From an uncultured Akkermansia sp. (lineage in GTDB: Bacteria > Verrucomicrobiota > Verrucomicrobiia > Verrucomicrobiales > DEV007), in NCBI GenBank assembly GCA_964562825.1, contig CAZLUZ010000018.1, positions 1 through 24,000 on the forward strand: DNA of 24,000 nt, written 5' to 3'. Positions 15,076-22,651 of this stretch are shown one piece after another. The notes under the pieces are model-generated. The model did no database searches. It was not told the DNA's origin and worked only from the letters and a program-made list of their open reading frames with translations. A program made the position numbers and the translations under genes. Position 1 is the first letter of the stretch. The number at the start of each line of letters is the position of its first letter.

Positions 15076-15741
15076 ATGGCCACCGATTCCAATACTTCGG
15101 ATCGCGAGCGCTTCGCCGAGACGCGCAAGAGTCTGATCGAGAAACTGGCCAATTGGGAGGATCAGCAGAGCTGGGAGGAGTTCTACCGCACCTATTGGCG
15201 GTTGATCTATGGAGTTTCCCTGAAGGCGGGGCTGGGACAGGACGAGGCCCTCGAAGTGGTCCAGGAAACGATTCTCTCGGTAGCTCGACAATGGAAGGAG
15301 GGATCCCCCTACGACCCGGACAAGGGTTCTTTCAAAACCTGGTTGCTCAACATCACCCGTTGGCGGATCGCCGACCAGTTCCGCAGGCGACAGCGCGATC
15401 CCGCCGCTCGGTCCCAGTCGGGCAACCGCCGCGATGCCGATGGAGGCACGCGTCGCACCGCCACGGTGGAGGGCCTCGAGGACGAGTCGGGGACCGACGT
15501 GCTGGAACGGCTCTGGGAGAGGGAGTGGAAGGAAAATATCGCCCGACTGGCGATCGAATCGGTGAAAAAGAGGATTTCCCCGAAGCAATTCCAGATCTTC
15601 GACGCCTACGTGATCAAGGGCTGGGAGGCCGATCGTGTCAGCCACGAACTGGGTGTCAGCATCGCCCAGGTCTATCTGGCCAAGCACCGCGTGGGCTCCG
15701 AGGTGCGAAAAGAGGCGGAAAAACTGCGGGGCAAACTCTGA
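15076..15741 (+). CDS. ECF-type sigma-70 family RNA polymerase sigma factor
   Basis: Region 2-like EEFYRTYWRLIYGVSLKAGLGQDEALEVVQETILSV and WLLNITRWRIADQFRRRQR. Region 4 HTH: FDAYVIKGWEADRVSHELGVSIAQVYLAKHRV. Start is set at ATG 15076 (MATDSN...). The track start 15004 adds 24 uninformative residues. Confidence 0.8.
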   Translation: MATDSNTSDRERFAETRKSLIEKLANWEDQQSWEEFYRTYWRLIYGVSLKAGLGQDEALEVVQETILSVARQWKEGSPYDPDKGSFKTWLLNITRWRIADQFRRRQRDPAARSQSGNRRDADGGTRRTATVEGLEDESGTDVLERLWEREWKENIARLAIESVKKRISPKQFQIFDAYVIKGWEADRVSHELGVSIAQVYLAKHRVGSEVRKEAEKLRGKL

Positions 15742-15748
15742 AATTCAC

Positions 15749-15791
15749 CCGGCACCTGTAAACACCGAACCCGGGATGGTCAGGTGCCCGG
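15749..15791. terminator. Candidate bidirectional stem-loop between the convergent sigma-factor and ABC-ATPase genes
   Basis: GGCACCTG (15751-15758) pairs perfectly with CAGGTGCC (15781-15788). The stem is extendable by CC/GG with one bulged C, and the loop is 22 nt. It sits 10 nt after the sigma stop and 16-19 nt after the ABC stop. Flanking U-tracts are weak (AATTT on the minus-strand side only) and the loop is long, so this is a weak call. Confidence 0.3.
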
Positions 15792-15806
15792 AAAATGGAT
15801 CCCCGA

Positions 15807-16616
15807 CTACGGATAGAGCCGGTATTGTCCCATCCGGGAGCGGAGCCGCAGGTCACCCCCGAAGGCCTCGGAGATCGAGCGCGAATTCAGCGCCTTCCGT
15901 TTGGGTCCGCTGCTCACCGCCCTGCCCTCGCGGAGAACCAGGGCGTGGGAGATATTTGGCACGATTTCCTCGACGTGGTGAGTCACCAGGATCAGGGATT
16001 TGAAAGAGCCCTTGCCCGTCAGGTCCTGGACAAATCGAAGAAATTGCTCCCGCGCCACGGGATCGAGGCCGGCGCAGGGTTCGTCGAGAATGAGCACCTC
16101 GAGTCGCGGTGCCATGAGCGCCCGGCTGATGAGGATCCGCTGCCTTTCTCCCTGCGAGAGGAGGCACCAGGGCTGCGCGGCGAGGTGCAGGCAATGCGCC
16201 TTTTTCAGAGCTGCTTCCGCGGCTGCTCGATCGGCGGTCAGTTCGTGGGCATCGCGCTGCCAGTAGTTCACCATGGCGTGTCGTCCCGCCATGACCACCT
16301 CCGCGGCAGTCTCGTCCGGCTCGATCATCTCCGCGATGCTGGTGCTGACGAAGCCGATCCGCTTGCGCCAGTGGTCCCAGTCTTTCCCCGGCGAGCTGAC
16401 CGCCGAGGCGCGACCGCGGACCCGAACGGTTCCCGAGGAGGGCGTCAGGTAGCCCATGAGCACCTTGAGAAGGGAGGTTTTTCCCGAACCGTTTCCACCA
16501 ATCACCACCCAGTGTTCTCCCCGGTTCACCGTCCAATCGATTCCCTCCAGAATGGTGTTTGCTCCCCGGGTGACGCTGATGTTCTCCATCGCGAATACGC
16601 TGCCTGCCGATATCAT
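15807..16616 (-). CDS. ABC-type ATP-binding protein (single NBD, ModF/YlmA-like), no permease gene adjacent
   Basis: Walker A GGNGSGKTS, signature LSQGERQR, Walker B LILDEPCAGLD, H-loop VTHH. An alternative start lies at ATG 16589 (MENISV...). Confidence 0.85.
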   Translation of the reverse strand: MISAGSVFAMENISVTRGANTILEGIDWTVNRGEHWVVIGGNGSGKTSLLKVLMGYLTPSSGTVRVRGRASAVSSPGKDWDHWRKRIGFVSTSIAEMIEPDETAAEVVMAGRHAMVNYWQRDAHELTADRAAAEAALKKAHCLHLAAQPWCLLSQGERQRILISRALMAPRLEVLILDEPCAGLDPVAREQFLRFVQDLTGKGSFKSLILVTHHVEEIVPNISHALVLREGRAVSSGPKRKALNSRSISEAFGGDLRLRSRMGQYRLYP

Positions 16617-16713
16617 GGTCCGCCGAAAATCCTAGCGGCAACGCAGCCGTTTTCATCCCGTAAATCGGAAAAACCGGATCGACAACGGGACGGAACCGGG
16701 GGAGGGATGAGGT

Positions 16714-17325
16714 ATGCGTGACAGGCTGATTGTAGCGACTCACAATGCTCATAAGACCGCGGAGATCCGGGAGATGGTCGGCTCTCATTTTGCCGAGATC
16801 GTCGACCTGACGGGAAACGATGGGGTGCCGGTTCCCGAGGAAGACGGGGACACCTTTGAGGCCAATTCCACCATCAAGGCGATGAGCGCGAGTCCGCATT
16901 TCCCTGGAGCACTCATCCTGGCGGACGATTCGGGGATCGAAGTCGATGCCCTCGGCGGGGCGCCCGGAGTCATTTCGGCGATCTATGCCGGACCGGAGGC
17001 GGACGACTCGGCCAACCGGGCGAAACTGCTCCGCGAACTGGAGAGGGCGGGAGCGCACGAGCCCGAGCTACGGACCGGTCGTTTTCGATGCGTGCTCACC
17101 TTGGTGGGCGATGGGGTGGTCCGGGCGCGCTTCGACGGCGTCTGCGAGGGGCGCATCCTCGACGAGGAACGCGGCGAGGGCGGCTTCGGCTACGATTCTC
17201 TGTTTGTCCCCGAGGGCTACGACCGCAGTTTCGGAGAACTCGATGCCGGGATCAAGCACCGCATCAGTCACCGGGCCCGGGCTATCGCCGCATTTCGGGA
17301 ATGGTTGGAAACGTGCGGCGGTTAG
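16714..17325 (+). CDS. rdgB: Non-canonical purine NTP (dITP/XTP) pyrophosphatase, RdgB/HAM1 family
   Basis: LIVATHNAHKTAEI, GDTFEANSTIKA, LADDSGIEVDALGGAPGV, RFRCVLTL, GFGYDSLF and ISHRARA are the canonical RdgB blocks. GGAGGG lies about 9 nt upstream of the ATG. Confidence 0.92.
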   Translation: MRDRLIVATHNAHKTAEIREMVGSHFAEIVDLTGNDGVPVPEEDGDTFEANSTIKAMSASPHFPGALILADDSGIEVDALGGAPGVISAIYAGPEADDSANRAKLLRELERAGAHEPELRTGRFRCVLTLVGDGVVRARFDGVCEGRILDEERGEGGFGYDSLFVPEGYDRSFGELDAGIKHRISHRARAIAAFREWLETCGG

Positions 17326-17345
17326 GTCGCGCGGAGCCTCTCACT

Positions 17346-18062
17346 TCAGGGGATCGGCGGAGGGTTCATGTTTCGCTGGTAGAGTTCGCGCGTCGCTTCC
17401 CTCGGCGTGGAATCGAATCCTGGCGGCACGACCCACTCCCGCTCGCTGATCGCTTCGAGGTCGCCCAGGCTCCATTCGGCGACTGGCTCGAGGGCGATCG
17501 ACTTCGCTCCCTCGTCGCCATATCCCAGCCAGCGGAAAAGACAGATCCGGAAATCGACCAGCCCTCCGGGACGGAAGGTCGCGTCGGCATACTCGGCAAA
17601 CTCGCGGGGCGCGCGGAACGGCTGAGGATGCAGGGTGGACTCGTGAAAGGTCAGCATCAGCTTGCCGGTCCGGGCCTGAGTCACGGGATAGGTGTTCAGC
17701 GGGTCGAACCGGGCCAACTCGTGTTTCCCCCGCACCCAGATGGCGTAGTGCCAGGGTTCGCGGAAAAAGGCGCGCCGGCCGAATCCGACCGCTTCCTGGA
17801 GGGAGAGGGATCGATTGAAATGGAAGGTCAGCTGCGAGTCGAACATGGGATTCTCCGCCTGCACCTCGTCCAGGGTGACTCGCTCCAGCAGCAGGGGAGG
17901 AAATTCGGCGGCGGCGAGTTCCTCGTCGATGGCATCCCGTTCGGCCGCACTCAGGTGAGCGAGCGGAGCCTTCTTCAATCCCAGGCGAACCATGAGCCCG
18001 TCCTCAGTCACGATGACCAGGGCGAGGAAAATGGAGAGGAAAAGGAGGTATTGCCATTTCAT
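17346..18062 (-). CDS. Hypothetical exported/membrane-anchored protein, 238 aa, no family recognised
   Basis: Start is set at ATG 18062, giving MKWQYLLFLSIFLALVIVT (signal/anchor-like). Third codon positions are GC-rich. No motifs were recognised. The gene is divergent from the FG-GAP gene. Confidence 0.55.
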   Translation of the reverse strand: MKWQYLLFLSIFLALVIVTEDGLMVRLGLKKAPLAHLSAAERDAIDEELAAAEFPPLLLERVTLDEVQAENPMFDSQLTFHFNRSLSLQEAVGFGRRAFFREPWHYAIWVRGKHELARFDPLNTYPVTQARTGKLMLTFHESTLHPQPFRAPREFAEYADATFRPGGLVDFRICLFRWLGYGDEGAKSIALEPVAEWSLGDLEAISEREWVVPPGFDSTPREATRELYQRNMNPPPIP

Positions 18063-18280
18063 CGGGAGACACCAGAAACTTCCGGCCGGCGCAGCCAAGG
18101 CCAGGGGAAAGACCCGGGACGTCGATTTCGAAAATTTTCCGGTCGCAAGTGTGCCTTGCCGCGAGGATCAGGCAAGTCCCGGATGGGTCCCTCTCGACAG
18201 GCCGGACCGCTCGTCCGGCTGAGGACTTGCCCCCGGGGCGGCCCTTGTCGTAGTCTGCACGACTCGTGACAAAAACCGAC

Positions 18281-21200
18281 ATGCGTCTCCCCTCCGCGAT
18301 TTCCTTTCTCGTCCGCTGTGCCATGGCCCTCTGTGCCATCGAGATCGCCATCGCCGAACCAGATTCCCGGCTCCTGCGCAGGGAGAAACTCTCCGCCCCG
18401 TCGGGCTGGGCCGGCGGCACCCTATTCGAGTCGATTCGGGGTTCCGCCATCGGGGTGGACATGGATTACCCGCTCGACCCGGACCACCCCATGCGTCGGC
18501 TCTATCCCTACGGATGGGCCACGGGAAACTGTGCCATCGGCGACCTCGATGGGGACGGACGGCTCGACCTCTTTTTTCCGGGAACGACCGGCCCCCACAA
18601 ACTCTTCCTTCAGCGCGATGGCTTTCGTTTCGAGGAAGCGGACGAGACCTCGGGCATCCCATCCGATCCCGGGATCTGGGGGTCGGCCGCCATCATGGGC
18701 GATATCGATCGGGATTTCGATCTCGACATTTACGTGGTCAACTACGGCGCTCCCAATCAGTTGTTCGTCAACATCAGCCGCGGCGGCCAGGTGCGCTTCA
18801 CCGAGATGGCGGAGGAATATGGCGTAGCCATCGAGAGCGGTTCGCTCGGTGCCAGTTTCGTCGATTTCAACGGAGACGGGTGGCTCGATCTGTTTGTTCA
18901 GACCTACCACATCGAACCCGAGGGCGGAAGACCCGAGGAGATCGAGATGATCCCGGGGGAGGGAGGGCCCGTCCTGCCGGAAAAGTGGGAGCGCTCCTAT
19001 CTGGCCTACCTCGATGCGGAGGGGAATCCCAGGTGGGTTGAGGCGGGTCTCTCGGATGCTCTGCTCATCAACAATCGCCGGGGTGCCTTCGTCGATTCGG
19101 AATACACCGGTCTCGCCGTGGGGCGATCCTACGGAGTGTCCCATCTCTGGTGGGACCTCGACAACGACCTGCGTCCCGATCTCTATACGGGGAATGGCAG
19201 CCACGAACCCGACCTCTTCTACCGACAGAGTGCATCAGGGAGACTGGTGGAGGTGGGCCGGGATAGCGTGCCCTGTTCGCCCTGGTTTCCCCGGGGAGCG
19301 ACTGCGGCCGATTTCAACAACGATCTCGAGATCGATTTTTTCGGCGCCTGTCATGCGCCGCTGACCCATCGGGAGCGGCTCCGCTACGGCGAACCTTTTC
19401 CCCGTGACATCATGCGCACCCAGCGGGTGGGGGGACCCCGCCAGGTGGCGCGCAATGTTCTTCTCGCCAACACGGGAGCCCCCAGATTCGAGGAGGTAGC
19501 CCGGCTCGCCGGGGTGGCGCACACCGGTGCGGCCTGGGCGGTGAAGTCCGGGGACTACGATTGTGACGGCCGCATCGACCTCTTTGTCGCCAACGGAGAG
19601 GCCCGTGACTGGAGCGCTCTGCCGAGCGCGGACCTGGTGGGGGAGAATCTGGTAGGTAAAACGCGTTGGGACCTGCTCGAAGGCGTGCCGGAATATCCGC
19701 AACGGGACTTCGACTACCGCAACCTGGGGGACTGGAACTTCGAGGAATCGGGGAAATCCTGGGGGCTCGATCACCGGGGCATGACCTACTGCGCCAGCCA
19801 GGGGGATCTCGACGGGGACGGCGACCTCGACCTGGTGGTCTGTCGCCTCGGGGAGGAAGTGACCATCCTGCGCAATCACACGGGGGGGCGGCGACTCGTG
19901 GTCACGTTCGAGGGCGACGATCAGGCCAACACCTCGGGCGTCGGGGTGGAGATGCTCGCCCTCGTGGGGACTACCGGTCATCTCCGGCACCTCTATCCGA
20001 CGGGCGGCTTCAAATCGAGCGACGAGAGCGCGATCCACCTCGGTCTGGGCGACGAAGAAAAAGTCGACCGCGTCACCCTCCGCTGGCCGGGGTCCGGGGC
20101 CGTCGCCACCTTCGTGGATTGGGAACCGGGCTTCCGTTACATCGTGAGGGAGGGAGAGAATCGCCGGACCTCGGTGCAGAAGGTGCAGCAGAGACCGCTG
20201 TTCAGCCCCACCAATGCGATCCGGGGAGCGCGTCACCGGGAGAATTCCTTCGATACCGCACGAACTCAGCCGATGGTTCCAGAGGGACTGGCCTTCGCCG
20301 GCCCCGGGCTGGCCCTGAACGATCTCGATGGCGATGGGCTCAGCGAGATCCTGTTCACCGGAGCGACCGGCCAGGGGGATCGTTTCATCGCCCGCTCCCC
20401 GGGACTGCTCCGGTTTCGCCAGCCTTTCTCCCGGGGAAAAGCCTATGAGGGTACCGCTGCGGTCTATTTCGATGCGGATGGTGACGGCGATCTCGATCTC
20501 TACCTGGGGAGCGGAGGGATCGAGTTTGCGGAGGACCCGGGACGGCTCCGGGATCGTCTTTTCCTCAATGTCGGGCTGGGGCGCTTCGCCGAGGCGCCGC
20601 CGACCTTTCTGCCCGCGGCCGAGGAGATCACCGGCGCCGTGGCGGCGGCCGATTTCGACCGGGACGGAGATGTCGACCTCTTCGTCGGAGCCCGGATGAA
20701 GAGACACCATTATCCCCTGCCCGGGAGAAACCAATTGCTCGTCAACCGGGGGGACGCCAAGTTCGACGAGGGCATCGATGCGGTGGCACCAGGGCTGGTC
20801 GAGACGGGAATGGTCACCGGAGCCATCTGGACGGATGTCGACGATGACGGATGGCTCGACCTGCTGCTGAGTCACGACTGGGGAACGCCGCAACTCTGGA
20901 TGAACCGGCGCGGGAAACTGGAGAATGCCACCGGGCGGGCCGGCTTGGAGGGACTCTCGGGCAGGTGGAACGGAGTCACCGGTCGGGATATCGACGCCGA
21001 TGGAGACATCGATTACCTGCTTTCCAACATCGGCCACAACACGGGAGACAACGCCACCCGGGTGTTCGCCCGACCGGTCCCGGACGCGGCCCACGCCGCG
21101 GTGGTCTTTGTCGAGGAGGACGGCGCAGGTCCTCTCCCCTCCTACGGCTGGTCGCACTGGGGTTCGCTGCCATCCATTCGCGAGCGGGTGAATTCGCCGG

Positions 21201-21910
21201 CGGCGTTTGTCCGGGAGGCGGATGCGCTGCTCGGGATTTCGGCCACCGAAGCGCAGGGTCTGGTGAGGGAACGCCGGACCGGACTGCTCATCAATGAGGG
21301 CGGTGGCAGGCTGCGATTTCGGCCCATGCCGGTCGAAGCGCAGTTCGGTCCCGCATCCGGGGTGGTGTTGAGCGATTTCGATTTCGACGGTCAGAGCGAT
21401 GCGTTCGTTCTCCAGAACGACATGTCGGCCACGCTGCGCCATCCGGACCCGGGGAACAAGGCGGTCTCCCGTCTCTTTCTCGGCACGGGCGATTCGGAGA
21501 CGCCTTTCCGCGCGCTCTCGCCGGCGGTGAGTGGATTGGTCCTCTACGGTGCGGGACGGGCGGCGGCGGTCACCGACCTGGACGGCGACAGCCGGGCGGA
21601 TCTCATCTGTACGATCAACGACGCTTCGCCCGTGGCCTACCTCAATACGGAACCTCGGGGGCGGACTCAACCGCTCAAGGTTCAGCTCGATTTCAGCGGG
21701 AAACTGATTCCGGGAGCGCGGGTGTCCCTGGAGATCCCGGGATTCCCCCGGCAGACCGCGGAATATTACGCGGGGGGCGGATACCTCAGCCAGTCCTCAT
21801 CGGACCTCTTTTTCGGTGCCCCCGCCGACCTCGACGAGCCGGTGCCGGTGGAGATCCGCTGGTCTGATGGCACGGTAACGAGGAGGCTGTATTACCTCGA
21901 GGATCGGTGA
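18281..21910 (+). CDS. Secreted FG-GAP/VCBS-repeat protein with two ASPIC/UnbV domains (CRTAC1-family architecture, duplicated)
   Basis: Signal-like N-terminus MRLPSAISFLVRCAMALCAIEIAIA. There are 14 D-x-D/N-x-D-G-x-x-D type loops (e.g. GDLDGDGRLDLFF, VDFNGDGWLDLFV, FDADGDGDLDLYL, TDVDDDGWLDLLL). Two UnbV/ASPIC-like blocks are present (PTGGFKSSDESAIHLGLGDEEKVDRVTLRWPGSG and AGGGYLSQSSSDLFFGAPADLDEPVPVEIRWSDGT). The track start is GTG 18266; ATG 18281 is preferred. Confidence 0.9.
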   Translation: MRLPSAISFLVRCAMALCAIEIAIAEPDSRLLRREKLSAPSGWAGGTLFESIRGSAIGVDMDYPLDPDHPMRRLYPYGWATGNCAIGDLDGDGRLDLFFPGTTGPHKLFLQRDGFRFEEADETSGIPSDPGIWGSAAIMGDIDRDFDLDIYVVNYGAPNQLFVNISRGGQVRFTEMAEEYGVAIESGSLGASFVDFNGDGWLDLFVQTYHIEPEGGRPEEIEMIPGEGGPVLPEKWERSYLAYLDAEGNPRWVEAGLSDALLINNRRGAFVDSEYTGLAVGRSYGVSHLWWDLDNDLRPDLYTGNGSHEPDLFYRQSASGRLVEVGRDSVPCSPWFPRGATAADFNNDLEIDFFGACHAPLTHRERLRYGEPFPRDIMRTQRVGGPRQVARNVLLANTGAPRFEEVARLAGVAHTGAAWAVKSGDYDCDGRIDLFVANGEARDWSALPSADLVGENLVGKTRWDLLEGVPEYPQRDFDYRNLGDWNFEESGKSWGLDHRGMTYCASQGDLDGDGDLDLVVCRLGEEVTILRNHTGGRRLVVTFEGDDQANTSGVGVEMLALVGTTGHLRHLYPTGGFKSSDESAIHLGLGDEEKVDRVTLRWPGSGAVATFVDWEPGFRYIVREGENRRTSVQKVQQRPLFSPTNAIRGARHRENSFDTARTQPMVPEGLAFAGPGLALNDLDGDGLSEILFTGATGQGDRFIARSPGLLRFRQPFSRGKAYEGTAAVYFDADGDGDLDLYLGSGGIEFAEDPGRLRDRLFLNVGLGRFAEAPPTFLPAAEEITGAVAAADFDRDGDVDLFVGARMKRHHYPLPGRNQLLVNRGDAKFDEGIDAVAPGLVETGMVTGAIWTDVDDDGWLDLLLSHDWGTPQLWMNRRGKLENATGRAGLEGLSGRWNGVTGRDIDADGDIDYLLSNIGHNTGDNATRVFARPVPDAAHAAVVFVEEDGAGPLPSYGWSHWGSLPSIRERVNSPAAFVREADALLGISATEAQGLVRERRTGLLINEGGGRLRFRPMPVEAQFGPASGVVLSDFDFDGQSDAFVLQNDMSATLRHPDPGNKAVSRLFLGTGDSETPFRALSPAVSGLVLYGAGRAAAVTDLDGDSRADLICTINDASPVAYLNTEPRGRTQPLKVQLDFSGKLIPGARVSLEIPGFPRQTAEYYAGGGYLSQSSSDLFFGAPADLDEPVPVEIRWSDGTVTRRLYYLEDR

Positions 21911-22020
21911 TCCGTCGATCCGTCCGACACCGCGAGCCCAGGATCGAGGGCCTGAGCGGCGCCAACGGCCGCAAGCCGGAGCTTGCGCCGCGGAGCTTTT
22001 GTCCCTAGGCTCGTCCCTCG

Positions 22021-22560
22021 ATGCCCATGGATTCGATCGACCGCCAAACCCGCCGCGAATTTGTCCATACCGCCGCGGGAGCCGTCGGGGCCGTGGGTCT
22101 TGCCGGTCCGGCAACATCTGGCGCTCAGCCCTCCGCAGCCGAGGTTTCTTGGCAGTTTTTTACCGAGGAAGAGCTTCCGCTGCTGGAGGCCGTGGTGGAA
22201 CAGCTCATCCCCACGGACGACTTTCCCGGTGCCGTCGATGCGGGGGTGCCCGTGTTTCTCGACAGGCAACTCGGTGGGCACCTGCGCCGTTTTCGCCGCA
22301 CCTACCGGCAGGGACTCGATTCGATGCGGCGGGAGTGCCTCGAGCGATTGGGCAAACCATTCCAGGACCTGGAGTGGGACCGGCAGACCGAATTCCTCGT
22401 CTCGGTCGAAGAGGGCACGACCGATGCGCAATTCTGGACAGAGGTGAGCTCGCCGGCTTTTTTCCGCTGCATCCTGGAACACACCATGATGGGTTACTAC
22501 GGGGATCCCCGACACGGCGGGAACAAGGATGGCGTCTCCTTCCGGATGATCGGATTCTAG
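22021..22560 (+). CDS. Gluconate 2-dehydrogenase subunit 3 (gamma) family protein with Tat signal
   Basis: Twin-arginine signal RQTRREFVHTAAGAVGAVGLAG, then FFTEEELPLLEAVVEQLIPTDDFPGAVDAGVPVFLDRQL, typical of the small subunit that accompanies GMC flavoprotein dehydrogenases. Confidence 0.75.
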   Translation: MPMDSIDRQTRREFVHTAAGAVGAVGLAGPATSGAQPSAAEVSWQFFTEEELPLLEAVVEQLIPTDDFPGAVDAGVPVFLDRQLGGHLRRFRRTYRQGLDSMRRECLERLGKPFQDLEWDRQTEFLVSVEEGTTDAQFWTEVSSPAFFRCILEHTMMGYYGDPRHGGNKDGVSFRMIGF

Positions 22561-22651
22561 CGGGCGGTCGGGAAACGAGGGAATAAGGCTCCGGTTGGGG
22601 CAATCGACGGGAGGGCGTGGGACGACTCCGTGATCTGAAGACAGGTTTTTT

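Noticed and set aside
18201-18220. 7-bp inverted repeat GCCGGAC-CGCTC-GTCCGGC (and CTTGCC...GGCAAG nearby) in the divergent region upstream of the FG-GAP gene
   Set aside because: It could be an operator or a 5'-UTR structure, but a single short GC-rich palindrome in GC-rich DNA is not distinguishable from chance without comparative data.
15853-18269. 401-aa minus-strand ORF (15853-17058) and 393-aa plus-strand ORF (17088-18269)
   Set aside because: They overlap the ABC ATPase, rdgB and 238-aa hypothetical genes in other frames or on the other strand. They are Arg/Gly/Pro-rich with no recognisable domains.
19235-21670. 811-aa minus-strand ORF
   Set aside because: It is antisense to the FG-GAP/ASPIC gene, whose repeat motifs are clear. 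The translation is low-complexity (R/G/P/E/V-rich). This is a GC-driven artefact.
21970-22000. Short hairpin CGCAAGC-CGGA-GCTTGCG after the FG-GAP gene, with a TTTT run nearby
   Set aside because: The T-run begins 10 nt after the stem rather than abutting it, and the stem is only 7 bp. This is insufficient for an intrinsic terminator call.
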